Origin: Eledone cirrhosa
Taxonomy: Eukaryota
Length of the DNA: 64,000 bases
NCBI GenBank assembly: GCA_964016885.1
Contig: OZ024742.1
Span: 341,558,001-341,622,000 of the forward strand
Direction: 5' to 3'
The position numbers and the translations under genes are program-made. The notes beneath the pieces are model-generated. The model was not told the DNA's origin. It searched no databases and worked only from the letters and a program-made list of their open reading frames with translations. Below, one piece after another: positions 33,001-49,229 of this stretch; the stretch's first letter is position 1, and each line of letters starts with the position of its first letter.

Positions 33001-34749
33001 CTTCTATGGCCCCCACTTCAATGACCCACACATCTATGACCCACATTTCTATGATCCACATTTCTATGACCCACACTTCTATGATCCACACTTCTATGAC
33101 CCACATATCTATGATCCACACTTCTATGACCCACACTTCTATAAACGACACTTCTATGATCCACAATTCAATGACCCACACTTCTATGACCCACACTTCT
33201 ATGACTCACATTTCAATGGTCTACACTTCAATGGTCTACACTTCTATGACCCACACTTCTATGACCCACACTTCTATGGCCCACACTTCAATGACCCACA
33301 CGTCTATGACCCACACTTCTATGGCCCACAGTTCTCTGACCGACATTTCTATGACCCACCCTTCTATGATCCGCACTTCTATGGCCTACACTTCAATGAC
33401 CCACACTTCTATGACCTACACTTCAATGACCCACGTTTCTATGATCCACACTTCTATGACCCACACATCTATGACCCACACTTCTATGACTCACACTTCT
33501 ATGACCCACACTTCTATGACCCACACTTCTATGATCCACACTACTATGGCCCACACTTCAATGACCCACCCTTCTATTACCCACATTTCTATGATCCACA
33601 CGTCTATGACCCACACTTCTATGACCCCCACCTCTATGGTCCACACTTCAATGACCGACACTTCTATGACCCACACTTCTATGACCCACACTTCTATGAC
33701 CCACACTTCTATGACCTACAATTCTATGACCCACACTTCTATGATCCACATTTCTATGATCCACACTTCTATGGCCCACACTTCAATGACCCACACTTTT
33801 ATGACCCACACTTCTATGACCCACATTTCTATCACCCATATTTCTATGACCCACACTTGTATGACCCACACTTCAATGTCCCACACTTCTATGACCCACA
33901 TTTCTATGACCCACACTTCAATGGTCTACACTTCTATGACCCACACTTCTATGACCCACACTTCAATGGTCCACACTTTTATGACCGACACTTCTATGAC
34001 CCACACTTCTATGGCCCACAGTTCACTGACCGACACTTCTATGACCCACACTTCTATGACCCACACTTCTATAAACCCACATTTCTATGACCCATAATTC
34101 TATGACCCACACTTCTATGACCCACACTTCTATGACCCACGCTTCTATGACCCACACTTCTATGACCCACGCTTCTATGACCCACACTTCAATGATCCAC
34201 ACTTCTATGACCCACACCTCTATGAGCCACACATCAATGGTCTACACTTCTATGTCCCACACTTCTATGACCTACAATTCTATGACCCACACTTCTATGA
34301 CCCACTCTTCTATGACCTACACTTATATGGCCCAGCCCACACTTCAATGACCCACACTTCTATGACCCACACTTCAATGACCCACACTTCTATGACCCAC
34401 ACGTCTATGACCCACACTTCAATTACCCACACTTCTATGACCCATACTTCTATGACCCACACTTCAATGGTCTACACTTCTATGACCCACACTTCTATCA
34501 CCCACACCTCTATGACCCTCACATCAATGGGCTACACTTCTATGACACACACTTCTATGACCCACACTTCAATGGTCTACACTTCTATTACCCACATTTC
34601 TATCACCCACATTTCTATGTCCCACACTTCTATGGCCCACACTTCAATGACCCACACTTCTATGACCCACGCTTCTATGACCCACACTTCTATGACCCAC
34701 ACTTCTATGACCCACACGTCTATGACCCGCACTTCTATGACCCACACTT

Positions 34750-37700
34750 CTATGGCCCACACTTCAATGATCAACACTTCTATGACCAAGACTTCTATGA
34801 CCCACACTTCAATGGTCTATACTTCTATGACCCACACTTCTATGACCCACACTTCTATGGCCCACACTTCAATGACCCACACTTCTATGACTCACATATA
34901 TATGACCCACATTTATATGATCCACATGTCTATGACCCACACTTCTATGATCCACAGTTCTATGTCCCACATTTCTATGATCCACACTTCTATGACCCAC
35001 ACTTCTATGAACCACACTTCTATGACCCACACTTCAATGACCCACACTTCTATGACCCACACTTCTATGGCCCACACTTCAATGACCCACACGTCTATGA
35101 GTCACACTTCTATAGCCCACATTTCTATGACCGACATTTCTATGACCCACACTTCTATGATCCACACTTCTATGGCCCACACTTCTATGACCCACATTTC
35201 AATGACCCACATTTCTATGATCCACACTTCTATGACCCACAATTCTATGACCCACACTTCTATGACCCTCACTTCTATTACTCACACTTCTATGGCCCAC
35301 ACTTCAATGACCCACACTTCTATGACCCAGACTTCAATGACCCACACTTCTATGACCCACACTTCTATGACCTACACTTCTAAGGCCCACGTTTCTATGA
35401 TCCACATTTCTATGATCCACACTTCTATGACCCACACTTCTATGGCCCACACTTCAATGACCCACACTTCTATGACCCACACATTTAAGACCCACATTTC
35501 TATGATCCACATTTCTAGGACCCACACTTCTATGATCCGCACTTCTATGATCCACACTTCTATGAACCACACTTCTATGACCCACACTTCAATGACCCAC
35601 ACTTCTATGACCCACAGTTCTATGACCCACAATTCACTGGTCTACACTTCTATGGCCCACACTTCTATGACCCACAATTCAATGGTGTACACTTCTATAA
35701 CCCACACTTCTATGACCCACACTTCAATGGTCTACACTTCTATTACCCACATTTCTATGACCCACATTTCTATGACCCACACTTCTATGGCCCACACTTC
35801 AAGGACCCACACTTCTATGACCCACACTTCAATGACCCACGCTTCTATGACCCACACTTCTATGACCCACATTTATATGACCCACACGTCTATGACCCGC
35901 ACTTCTATGGCCCACACTTCAATGACCAAGACTTCTATGACCCACACTTTAATGGTCTACACTTCTATGACCCACAATTCTATGACCCACACTACTATGA
36001 CCCACAATTCTATGGCCCACAGTGCAATGACCCACACTTCTAAGGCCCACATTTCTATGATCCACATTTCTATGACCCACACTTCTATGACCCACACTTC
36101 TATGGCACACTTCAATGACCCACACTTCTATGACTTACATATCTATGACCCACATTTATATGATCCACATTTCTATGACCCACACTTCTATGATCCACAC
36201 TTCTATGGCCCACACTTCAATGACCCACACGTCTATGACACACACTTCTATGGCCCACATTTCTATGACCGACATTTCTATGACCCACACTTCTATGATC
36301 CACACTTCTATGGCCCACACTTCAATTACCCACAAGTCTATGACCCACAATTCAATAACCCACATTTCTATGATCCACACTTCTATGATCCACATTTCTA
36401 TGACACACAGTTCTATGACCCACACTTCAATGACCCACACTTCTATGAACCACATTTCTATGACCCAGACTTCAATGGTCTACACTTCCATGACCCACAC
36501 TTCCATGACCCACACTTCTATGATGCACATTTCTATGGCCCACACTTCAATGACCCACCCTTCTATGACCCACATTTCTATGATCCACACTTCTATGACC
36601 CACACTTCTATGACCCACACTTCTATGACCCACACTTCTATGATCCACACTTCTATGACCCACAATTCTATGACCCACACTTCTATGACACACATTTCTA
36701 TGATCCACACTTTTATGACCCATACTTCTATGACCCACACTTCAATGAGCCACGCTTCAATGACCCACACTTCTATGACCAACACTTCTATGACCCACAC
36801 TTTTATGACCCACACTTCTATGACCCGCACTTCTGTGACCCACACTTCAATGGTTTACACTTCTATGACCCACACTTCTATGACACACAATTCTATGACC
36901 CACACGTCTATGACCCGCACTTCTCTGATCCACACTTCTATGACCCACACTTCAATGGTCTACACTTCTATTATCCACACTTCTATGACCCACACTTCTA
37001 TGACCCACACTTCTATGACCCACACTTCAATGACCCACACTTCTATGGCCCACACATCAATGACCCACACTTCTATGACCCACACTTCTATGGCCCACAC
37101 ATCAATGACCCACACTTCTATGACCCACACTTCAATGGTCTACACTTCTATTATCCACACTTCTATGACCCACACATCTATGACCCACACTTCTATGACC
37201 CACACTTCAATGACCCACATTTCTATGACCCGCACTTCTCTGACCCAAACTTCTATGACCCACACTTCAATGGTCTACACTTCTATTATCCACACTTCTA
37301 TGACCCACACATCTATGACCCACACTTCTATGACCCACACTTCAATGACCCACAGTTCTATGACCCACACTTCTATGACAGACACTTCTATGACCCACAC
37401 TTCTATGGCCCACACTTCAATGACCCACACTTGTATGACCCACACTTCTATGGCCCACATTTCTATGATCCACATTTCTATGACCCTCACTTCTATGACC
37501 CACACTTCTATGGCCCACACTTCAATGACGTACACTTGTTAGACCCACACATCTATGACCCACATTTCTATGATCCACATTTCTATGACCCACACTTCAA
37601 TGGTCCACACTTCTATGGTCCACACTTCTATGACCCACACTTCTATGGCCCACACTTCAATGATCAACACTTCTATGACCAAGACTTCTATGACCCACAC

Positions 37701-40630
37701 TTCAATGGTCTATACTTCTATGACCCACAATTCTATGACCCACACTTCTATGACCCACACTTCTATGGACCACAGTGCAATGACCCACACTTCTATGACC
37801 CACACTTCTAAGGCCCACATTTCTATGATCCACATTTCTATGACCCACACTTCTATGACCCACACTTCTATGGCCCACACTTCAATGACCCACACTTCTA
37901 TGACTCACATATATATGACCCACATTTATATGATCCACATGTCTATGACCCACACTTCTATGATCCACAGTTCTATGTCCCACATTTCTATGATCCACAC
38001 TTCTATGACCCACACTTCTATGAACCACACTTCTATGACCCACACTTCAATGACCCACACTTCTATGACCCACACTTCTATGGCCCACACTTCAATGACC
38101 CACACGTCTATGAGTCACACTTCTATAGCCCACATTTCTATGACCGACATTTCTATGACCCACACTTCTATGATCCACACTTCTATGGCCCACACTTCTA
38201 TGACCCACATTTCAATGACCCACATTTCTATGATCCACACTTCTATGACCCACAATTCTATGACCCACACTTCTATGACCCTCACTTCTATTACTCACAC
38301 TTCTATGGCCCACACTTCAATGACCCACACTTCTATGACCCAGACTTCAATGACCCACACTTCTATGACCCACACTTCTATGACCTACACTTCTAAGGCC
38401 CACGTTTCTATGATCCACATTTCTATGATCCACACTTCTATGACCCACACTTCTATGGCCCACACTTCAATGACCCACACTTCTATGACCCACACATTTA
38501 AGACCCACATTTCTATGATCCACATTTCTAGGACCCACACTTCTATGATCCGCACTTCTATGATCCACACTTCTATGAACCACACTTCTATGACCCACAC
38601 TTCAATGACCCACACTTCTATGACCCACAGTTCTATGACCCACAATTCACTGGTCTACACTTCTATGACCCACACTTCTATGACCCACAATTCAATGGTG
38701 TACACTTCTATAACCCACACTTCTATGACCCACACTTCAATGGTCTACACTTCTATTACCCACATTTCTATGACCCACATTTCTATGACCCACACTTCTA
38801 TGGCCCACACTTCAAGGACCCACACTTCTATGACCCACACTTCAATGACCCACGCTTCTATGACCCACACTTCTATGACCCACATTTCTATGACCCACAC
38901 GTCTATGACCCGCACTTCTATGGCCCACACTTCAATGACCAAGACTTCTATGACCCACACTTTAATGGTCTACACTTCTATGACCCACAATTCTATGACC
39001 CACACTACTATGACCCACAATTCTATGGCCCACAGTGCAATGACCCACACTTCTAAGGCCCACATTTCTATGATCCACATTTCTATGACCCACACTTCTA
39101 TGACCCACACTTCTATGGCACACTTCAATGACCCACACTTCTATGACTCACATATCTATGACCCACATTTATATGATCCACATTTCTATGACCCACACTT
39201 CTATGATCCACACTTCTATGGCCCACACTTCAATGACCCACACGTCTATGACACACACTTCTATGGCCCACATTTCTATGACCGACATTTCTATGACCCA
39301 CACTTCTATGATCCACACTTCTATGGCGCACACTTCAATTACCCACAAGTCTATGACCCACAATTCAATAACCCACATTTCTATGATCCACACTTCTATG
39401 ATCCACATTTCTATGACACACAGTTCTATGACCCACACTTCAATGACCCACACTTCTATGAACCACATTTCTATGACCCAGACTTCAATGGTCTACACTT
39501 CCATGACCCACACTTCCATGACCCACACTTCTATGATGCACATTTCTATGGCCCACACTTCAATGACCCACCCTTCTATGACCCACATTTCTATGATCCA
39601 CACTTCTATGACCCACACTTCTATGACCCACACTTCTATGACCCACACTTCTATGATCCACACTTCTATGACCCACAATTCTATGACCCACACTTCTATG
39701 ACACACATTTCTATGATCCACACTTTTATGACCCATACTTCTATGACCCACACTTCAATGAGCCACGCTTCAATGACCCACACTTCTATGACCAACACTT
39801 CTATGACCCACACTTTTATGACCCACACTTCTATGACCCGCACTTCTGTGACCCACACTTCAATGGTTTACACTTCTATGACGCACACTTCTATGACACA
39901 CAATTCTATGACCCACACGTCTATGACCCGCACTTCTCTGATCCACACTTCTATGACCCACACTTCAATGGTCTACACTTCTATTATCCACACTTCTATG
40001 ACCCACACTTCTATGACCCACACTTCTATGACCCACACTTCAATGACCCACACTTCTATGGCCCACACATCAATGACCCACACTTCTATGACCCACACTT
40101 CTATGGCCCACACATCAATGACCCACACTTCTATGACCCACACTTCAATGGTCTACACTTCTATTATCCACACTTCTATGACCCACACATCTATGACCCA
40201 CACTTCTATGACCCACACTTCAATGACCCACATTTCTATGACCCGCACTTCTCTGACCCAAACTTCTATGACCCACACTTCAATGGTCTACACTTCTATT
40301 ATCCACACTTCTATGACCCACACATCTATGACCCACACTTCTATGACCCACACTTCAATGACCCACAGTTCTATGACCCACACTTCTATGACAGACACTT
40401 CTATGACCCACACTTCTATGGCCCACACTTCAATGACCCACACTTGTATGACCCACACTTCTATGGCCCACATTTCTATGATCCACATTTCTATGACCCT
40501 CACTTCTATGACCCACACTTCTATGGCCCACACTTCAATGACGTACACTTGTTAGACCCACACATCTATGACCCACATTTCTATGATCCACATTTCTATG
40601 ACCCACACTTCAATGGTCCACACTTCTATG
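34750..40630. repeat. ~3.0-kb tandem higher-order duplication within the 15-bp array
   Basis: The rare marker GACGTACACTTGTTAGACCC occurs at 37527 and 40540 (offset 3013 = 201x15 minus a shared 2-bp deletion, TGGCACACTT). ORFs 36115..37542 and 39128..40555 are near-identical. Boundaries approximate. Confidence 0.9.
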
Positions 40631-43600
40631 GTCCACACTTCTATGACCCACATTTCTATGACCCACATTTCTATGATCAACACTTGTATGACCCACACTT
40701 CTATGACCCACATTTCTATGAACTACACTTCAATGACGCACACTTCTATGACACACACTTCTATGACCCACACATCTATGACCCACACTTCTATGACCCA
40801 CACTTCAATGGTCTACTCTTCTATGACCCACACTTCTATGACCCACACTTCAATGGTCTACACTTCTATGACCCACACTTCTAGACCCACACTTCTATGA
40901 TCCACATTTCTATGACCCACACTTCTATGACCTACACTTCTCTGGTCCACATTTCTATGAAGCACATTTCCATGACCCATAATTCTATGGCCCACAGTTC
41001 TATGGCCCACACTTCAATGACCCACACTTCTATGACCCACACAACTATGACCCACATTTCTATGACCCACACTTCTATGACCCACACTTCTATGATCCAC
41101 ACTTCTACGGCCCACACTTCTATGACCCACAATTCTGTGACACACACTTCTATGACCCACATTTCTATGATCCTCACTTCAATGGTCTACACTTCTATGA
41201 CCCACACTTCTATGAACCACACTCCTATGACCCACAATTCTATGACCCACACTTCTATGACCCACACTTCTGTGACCCGCACTTCTATGGCCCACACTTC
41301 AATGACCCACACTTCTATGACCCACACTTCTAAGACCCACACTTCAATGATCTACACTTCTATGACCCACACTTCTATGATCCACACTTCTATGGCCCAC
41401 ACTTCAATGACCCACACTTCTATGACCCACACTTCTATGACCCACAATTCTATGAGCCACACTTCTATGCCCCGCACTTCTATTACCCACACTTCTAAGG
41501 CCCAGACTTCAATGACCCACACTTCTATGACCCACACTTCTATGACCCACACTTCTATGACCCACAATTCTATGACACACAATTCTATTACTCACACCTC
41601 TATGACCCGCACTTCTATGACCCACACTTCAATGGCCCACACTTCTATGACCCACATTTCTATGACCCACACTTCAATGTTCTACACTTCTATGACCCAC
41701 ACTTCTAAGACCCACACTTCTATGAACCACAATTCTATGACCCACACTTCTATGACCCACACTTCTATGACCCACACTTCTATGGCCCACATTTCTAAGA
41801 TCCACATTTCTATGACCCACAATTCTACGGCACACACTTCTATGGCCGACACTTCAATGACCCACGCTTCTATAACCCACACATCTATGTCCCACACTTC
41901 AATGGTCTACACTTCTATGGCCCACACTTCTATGACCCACACTTCTATGACCCACACTTCTATGACCCACAATTCAATGACCCTCACTTCTATGACCCGC
42001 CCTTCTATGACCCATACTTCTATGGCCCACACTTCAATGATCCACACTTCTATGACCCACACTTCTATGACCCACACTTTTATGGTCTACACTTCTACGA
42101 CCCACACTTCTATGACCCACAATTCTGTGAGCCACACTTCTATGACTTACACTTCTATGACCCACACTTCTATGGTCCACATTTCTATGATCCACATTTC
42201 AATGACCCACAATTCTATGACCCAAACTTCTATGGCCCACACTTTAAGGACCCACACTTCTATAATACACACATCTATGACCCACATTTCTATGACCCAC
42301 ATTTCTATGACCTACACTTCTATGATCCACACTTCTATGGCCCACACTTCTATGACCCACACTTCTATGACCCACACTTTTATGGCCCACACTTCAATGA
42401 CCAACCCTTCTATGACCCACACTTCTATGACCCACACTTCTATGACCCACACTTCTATAACACACAATTATATGACCCACACTTTAATGGTCTACACTTC
42501 TACGACCCACATTTCTATGGCCCACACTTCTATGACCCACACTTCTATGACCCACACTTCTATGACCCACAACTCAATGACCCACACTTCTATGACCCGC
42601 CCTTCTATGACCCATACTTCTATGGCCCACACTTCAATGATCCACACTTCTATGACCCACACTTCTATGACCCACACTTTAATGGTCTACACTTCTAGGA
42701 CCCACACTTCTATGACCCACAATTCTCTGAGCCACACTTCTATGACTTACACTTCTATGGCCCACACTTCTATGTCCACATTTCTATGATCCACATTTCA
42801 ATGACCCACAATTCTATGACCCACATTTCTATGGCCCACACTTTAATGACCCACACTTCTATAACACACACATCTATGACCCACACTTTAATGGTCTACA
42901 CTTCTACAACCCACACTTCTAGGACCCACACTTCTATGACCCACAATTCTGTGAGCCACACTTCTATGACTTACACTTCTATGGCCCACACTTCTATGGT
43001 CCACATTTCTATGATCCACATTTCAATGACCCACAATTCTATGACCCACATTTCTATGGCCCACACTTTAATGACCCACACTTCTATAACACACACATCT
43101 ATGACCCACATTTCTATGATCCACATTTCTATGACCCATACTTCTAAGGCCCACATTTCTATGATCCATATTTCTATGACCCACACTTCTATGACCCACA
43201 CTTCTATGGCCCCCACTTCAATGACCCACACTTCTATGACCCACACATCTATGACCCACATTTCTATGATCCACATTTCTATGACCCACAATTCTATGAT
43301 CCACACTTCTATGACCCACATATCTATGATCCACACTTCTATGACCCACACTTCTATAAACGACACTTCTATGATCCACACTTCAATGACCCACACTTCT
43401 ATGACCCACACTTCTATGACCCACATTTTAATGGTCTACACATCAATGGTCTACACTTCTATGACCCACACTTCTATGACCCACACTTCTATGGCCCACA
43501 CTTCAATGACCCACACGTCTATGACCCACACTTCTATGACCCACATTTCTATGACCGACATTTCTATGACCCACCCTTCTATGACCCACACTTCTATGAC

Positions 43601-46600
43601 CCACAATTCTATGACCCACAATTCTATGACCCACATATCTATGATCCACACTTCTATGACCCTCACTTCTATGACACACACTTCTATGACCCACACTTCT
43701 ATGGCCCACACTTCTATGACCCACACTTCTATGATCCACACTACTATGGCCCACGCTTCAATGACCCACCCTTCTATGACCCACATTTCTATGATCCACA
43801 CTTCTATGACCCACACTTCTATGACCCCCACTTCTATGGCCCACACTTCAATGACCGACACTTCTATGACCCACACTTCTATGACCAACAATTTTATGGC
43901 CCACACTTCAATGACCAACACTTCTATGACCCACACTCTATGACCCACACTTCTATGACCCACACTTCTATGGTCTACACTTCTATGACCCACACTTCTA
44001 TGACCCACACTTCTATGACCCACAATTCTATGAACCACATATCTATGATCCACACTTCTGTGACCCACACTTCTATAAACGACACTTCTATGATCCACAC
44101 TTCTATGACCCACACTTCTATGACCCACATTTCAATGGTCTACACTTCAATGGTCTACACTTCTATGACCCACACTTCTATGGCCCACACTTCAATGACC
44201 CACACGTCTATGACCCACACTTCTATGGCCCACATATCTATGACCGACATTTCTATGACCCACCCTTCTATGGTGCGCACTTCTATGGCCTACACTTCAA
44301 TGACCCACACTTCTTTGACCCACAATTCAATGACCCACATTTCTATGATCCACACTTCTATGACCCACACTTCTATGACCCACACTTCTATGACCCACAC
44401 TTCTATGACCCACACTTCTATGATCCACACTACTATGGCCCACACTTCAATGACCCACCCTTCTATGACCCACATTTCTATGATCTACACTTCTATGACC
44501 CACACTTCTATGACCCCCACTTCTATGGCCCACACTTCAATGACCGACACTTCTATGACCCACATTTCTATGACCCACACTTCTATGACCCACACTTCTA
44601 TGACCCACATTTCTATGATCCACACTTCTATGACCCACACTTCTATGACCCACACTTCAATGACCCACGCTTCTATGGTCTACACTTCTATGACCCACAC
44701 TTCTATGAGCCACACTTCTATAACACACAATTCTATGACCCACACGTCTATGACCCGCACTTCTTTGACCCACACTTCTATGGCCCACACTTCTATGACC
44801 CACACTTCTATGACCCACACTTCTATGACCCACAATTCAATGACCCACACTTCTATGACCCGCCCTTCTATGACCCATACTTCTATGGCCCACACTTCAA
44901 TGATCCACACTTCTATGACCCACACTTTAATGGTCTACACTTCTACGACCCACACTTCTATCACCCACATTTCTATGACCCACAATTCTGTGAGCCACAC
45001 TTCTATGACTTACACTTCTATGGCCCACACTTCTATGGTCCACATTTCTATGATCCACATTTCAATGACCCACATTTCAATGACCCACAATTCTATGACC
45101 CACATTTCTATGGCCCACACTTTAATGACCCACACTTCTATAACACACACATCTATGACCCACATTTCTATGATCCACATTTCTATGAACCAAACTTCTA
45201 TGATCCACACTTCTATGGCCCACACTTCAATGACCCACACTTCTATGACCCACACTTCAATGGTCCACACTTCTATGACCCACACTTCTATGACCCACAC
45301 TTCTAAGGCCCACATTTCTATGATCCATATTTCTATGACCCACACTTCTATGACCCACACTTCTATGGCCCCCACTTCAATGACCCAGACTTCTATGACC
45401 CACACATCTATGACCCACATTTCTATGATCCACATTTCTATGATCCACACTTCTATGACCCACATATCTATGATCCACACTTCTATGACCCACACTTCTA
45501 TAAACGACACTTCTATGATCCACACTTCAATGACCCACACTTCTATGACCCACACTTCTATGACCCACATTTTAATGGTCTACGCATCAATGGTCTACAC
45601 TTCTATGACCCACACTTCTACGACCCACACTTCTATGGCCCACACTTCAATGACCCACACGTCTATGACCCACACTTCTATGACCCACACTTCTATGACC
45701 CACACTTCTATGACCCACAATTCTGTGAGCCACACTTCTATGACTTACACTTCTATAACACACACATCTATAACCCACATTTCTATGATCCATATTTCTA
45801 TGACCCACCCTTCTATGATCCGCACTTCTATGGCCTACACTTCAATGACCCACACTTCTATGACCCACAATTCAATGACCCACACTTCTATGGCCCACAC
45901 TTCTATGGTCCACATTTCTATGATCCACATTTCAATGACCCACAATTCTATGACCCACATTTCTATGGCCCACACTTTAATGACCCACACTTCTATAACA
46001 CACACATCTATGACCCACATTTCTATGATCCACATTTCTATGAACCAAACTTCTATGACCCACACTTCTATGGCCCACACTTCAATGACCCACACTTCTA
46101 TGACCCACACTGCAATGGTCCACACTTCTATGACCCACACTTCTATGACCCACACTTCTAAGGCCCACATTTCTATGATCCATATTTCTATGACCCACAC
46201 TTCTATGACCCACACTTCTATGGCCCCTACTTCAATGACCTAGACTTCTATGACCGACACAGCTATGACCCACATTTCTATGATCCACATTTCTATGACC
46301 CACATTTCTATGATCCACACTTCTATGACCCACATATCTATGATCCACACTTCTATGACCCACACTTCAATAAACGACACTTCTATGATCCACACTTCAA
46401 TGACCCACACTTCTATGACCCACATTTTAATGGTCTACACATCAATGGTCTACACTTCTAATGCCCACACTTCTACGACCCACACTTCTATGGCCCACAC
46501 TTCAATGACCCACACGTCTATGACCCACACTTCTATGACCCACACTTCTATGACCCACACTTCTATGACCCACAATTCTGTGAGCCACACTTCTATGACT

Positions 46601-49229
46601 TACACTTCTATAACACACACATCTATGACCCACATTTCTATGATCCACATTTCTATGACCCAACCTTCTATGATCCGCACTTCTATGGCCTACACTTCTA
46701 TGACCCACACTTCTATGGTCTACACTTCTATGACCCACACTTCTATGGTCTACACTTCTATGACCCACACTTCTATGACCCACACTTCTATGACCCACAA
46801 TTCTATGAACCACATATCTATGATCCACACTTCTGTGACCCACACTTCTATAAACGACACTTCTATGATCCACACTTCTATGACCCACACTTCTATGACC
46901 CACATTTCAATGGTCTACACTTCAATGGTCTACACTTCTATGACCCACACTTCTATGGCCCACACTTCAATGACCCACACATCTATGACCCACACTTCTA
47001 TGGCCCACATATCTATGACCGACATTTCTATGACCCACCCTTCTATGGTCCGCACTTCTATGGCCTACACTTCAATGACCCAGACTTCTTTGACCCACAA
47101 TTCAATGACCCACATTTCTATGATCCACACTTCTATGACCCACACTTCTATGAACCACACTTCTATGACCCACACTTCTATGATCCACACAACTATGGCC
47201 CACACTTCAATGACCCACCCTTCTATGACCCACATTTCTATGATCTACACTTCTATGACCCACACTTCTATGACCCCCACTTCTATGGCCCACACTTCAA
47301 TGACCGACACTTCTATGACCCACATTTCTATGACCCGCACTTTTATGACCCACACTTCTATGACCCACACTTCTATGACCCACATTTCTATGATCCACAC
47401 TTCTATGAACCACACTTCTATGACCCACACTTCAATGACCCACGCTTCTATGGTCTACACTTCTATGACCCACACTTCTATGACCCACACTTCTATAACA
47501 CACAATTCTATGACCCACACATCTATGACCCGCACTTCTTTGACCCACACTTCTATGGCCCACACTTCTATGACCCACACTTCTATGACCCACACTTCTA
47601 TGACCCACAATTCAATGACCCACACTTCTATGACCCGCCCTTCTATGACCCATACTTCTATGGCCCACACTTCAATGATCCACACTTCTATGACCCACAC
47701 TTTAATGGTCTACACTTCTACGACCCACACTTCTATCACCCACACTTCTATGACCCACAATTCTGTGAGCCACACTTCTATGACTTACACTTCTATGGCC
47801 CACACTTCTATGGTCCACATTTCTATGATCCACATTTCAATGACCCACAATTCTATGACCCACATTTCTATGGCCCACACTTTAATGACCCACACTTCTA
47901 TAACACACATCTATGACCCACATTTCTATGATCCACATTTCTATGAACCAAACTTCTATGATCCACACTTCTATGGCCCACACTTCAATGACCCACACTT
48001 CTATGACCCACACTTCAATGGTCCACACTTCTATGACCCACACTTCTATGACCCACACTTCTAAGGCCCACATTTCTATGATCCATATTTCTATGACCCA
48101 CACTTCTATGACCCACACTTCTATGGCCCCCACTTCAATGACCCAGACTTCTATGACCCACACAGCTATGACCCACATTTCTATGATCCACATTTCTATG
48201 ACCCACATTTCTATGATCCAGACTTCTATGACCCACATATCTATGATCCACACTTCTATGACCCACACTTCTATAAAAGACACTTCTATGATCCACACTT
48301 CAATGACCCACACTTCTATGACCCACACTTCTATGACCCACATTTTAATGGTCTACACATCAATGGTCTACACTTCTATGACCCACACTTCTACGACCCA
48401 CACTTCTATGGCCCACACTTCAATGACCCACACGTCTATGACCCACACTTCTATGACCCACACTTCTATGACCCACACTTCTATGACCCACAATTCTGTG
48501 AGCCACACTTCTATGACTTACACTTCTATAACACACACATCTATGACCCACATTTCTATGATCCACATTTCTATGACCCACCCTTCTATGATCCGCACTT
48601 CTATGGCCTACACTTCAATGACCCACACTTCTATGACCCACAATTCAATGACCCACATTTCTATGATCCACACTTCTATGACCAACACTTCTATGACATA
48701 CACTTCTATGACCCACACTTCTATGATCCACACTTCTATGACCCACACTTCTATGATCCACACTACTATGGCCCACACTTCAATGACCCACGCTTCTATG
48801 ACCCACATTTCTATGATCCACACTTCTATGACCCACTCTTCTATGACCCCCACTTCTATGGCCCACACTTCAATGACCGACACTTCTATGACCCACACTT
48901 CTATGACCAACACTTCTATGACCCACACTTATATGACCCACACTTCTATGACTCATAATTCTATGACCCACACTTATATGACCCACACTTCTATGACTCA
49001 CAATTCTATGACCCACACTTCTATGACCCACATTTCTATGATCCACACTTCTATGATCCACACTACTATGGCCCACACTTCAATGACCCACCCTTCTATG
49101 ACCCACATTTCTATGATCTACACTTCTATGACCCACACTTCTATGACCCCCACTTCTATGGCCCACACTTCAATGACCGACACTTCTATGACCCACATTT
49201 CTATGACCCACACTTCTATGACCCACACT

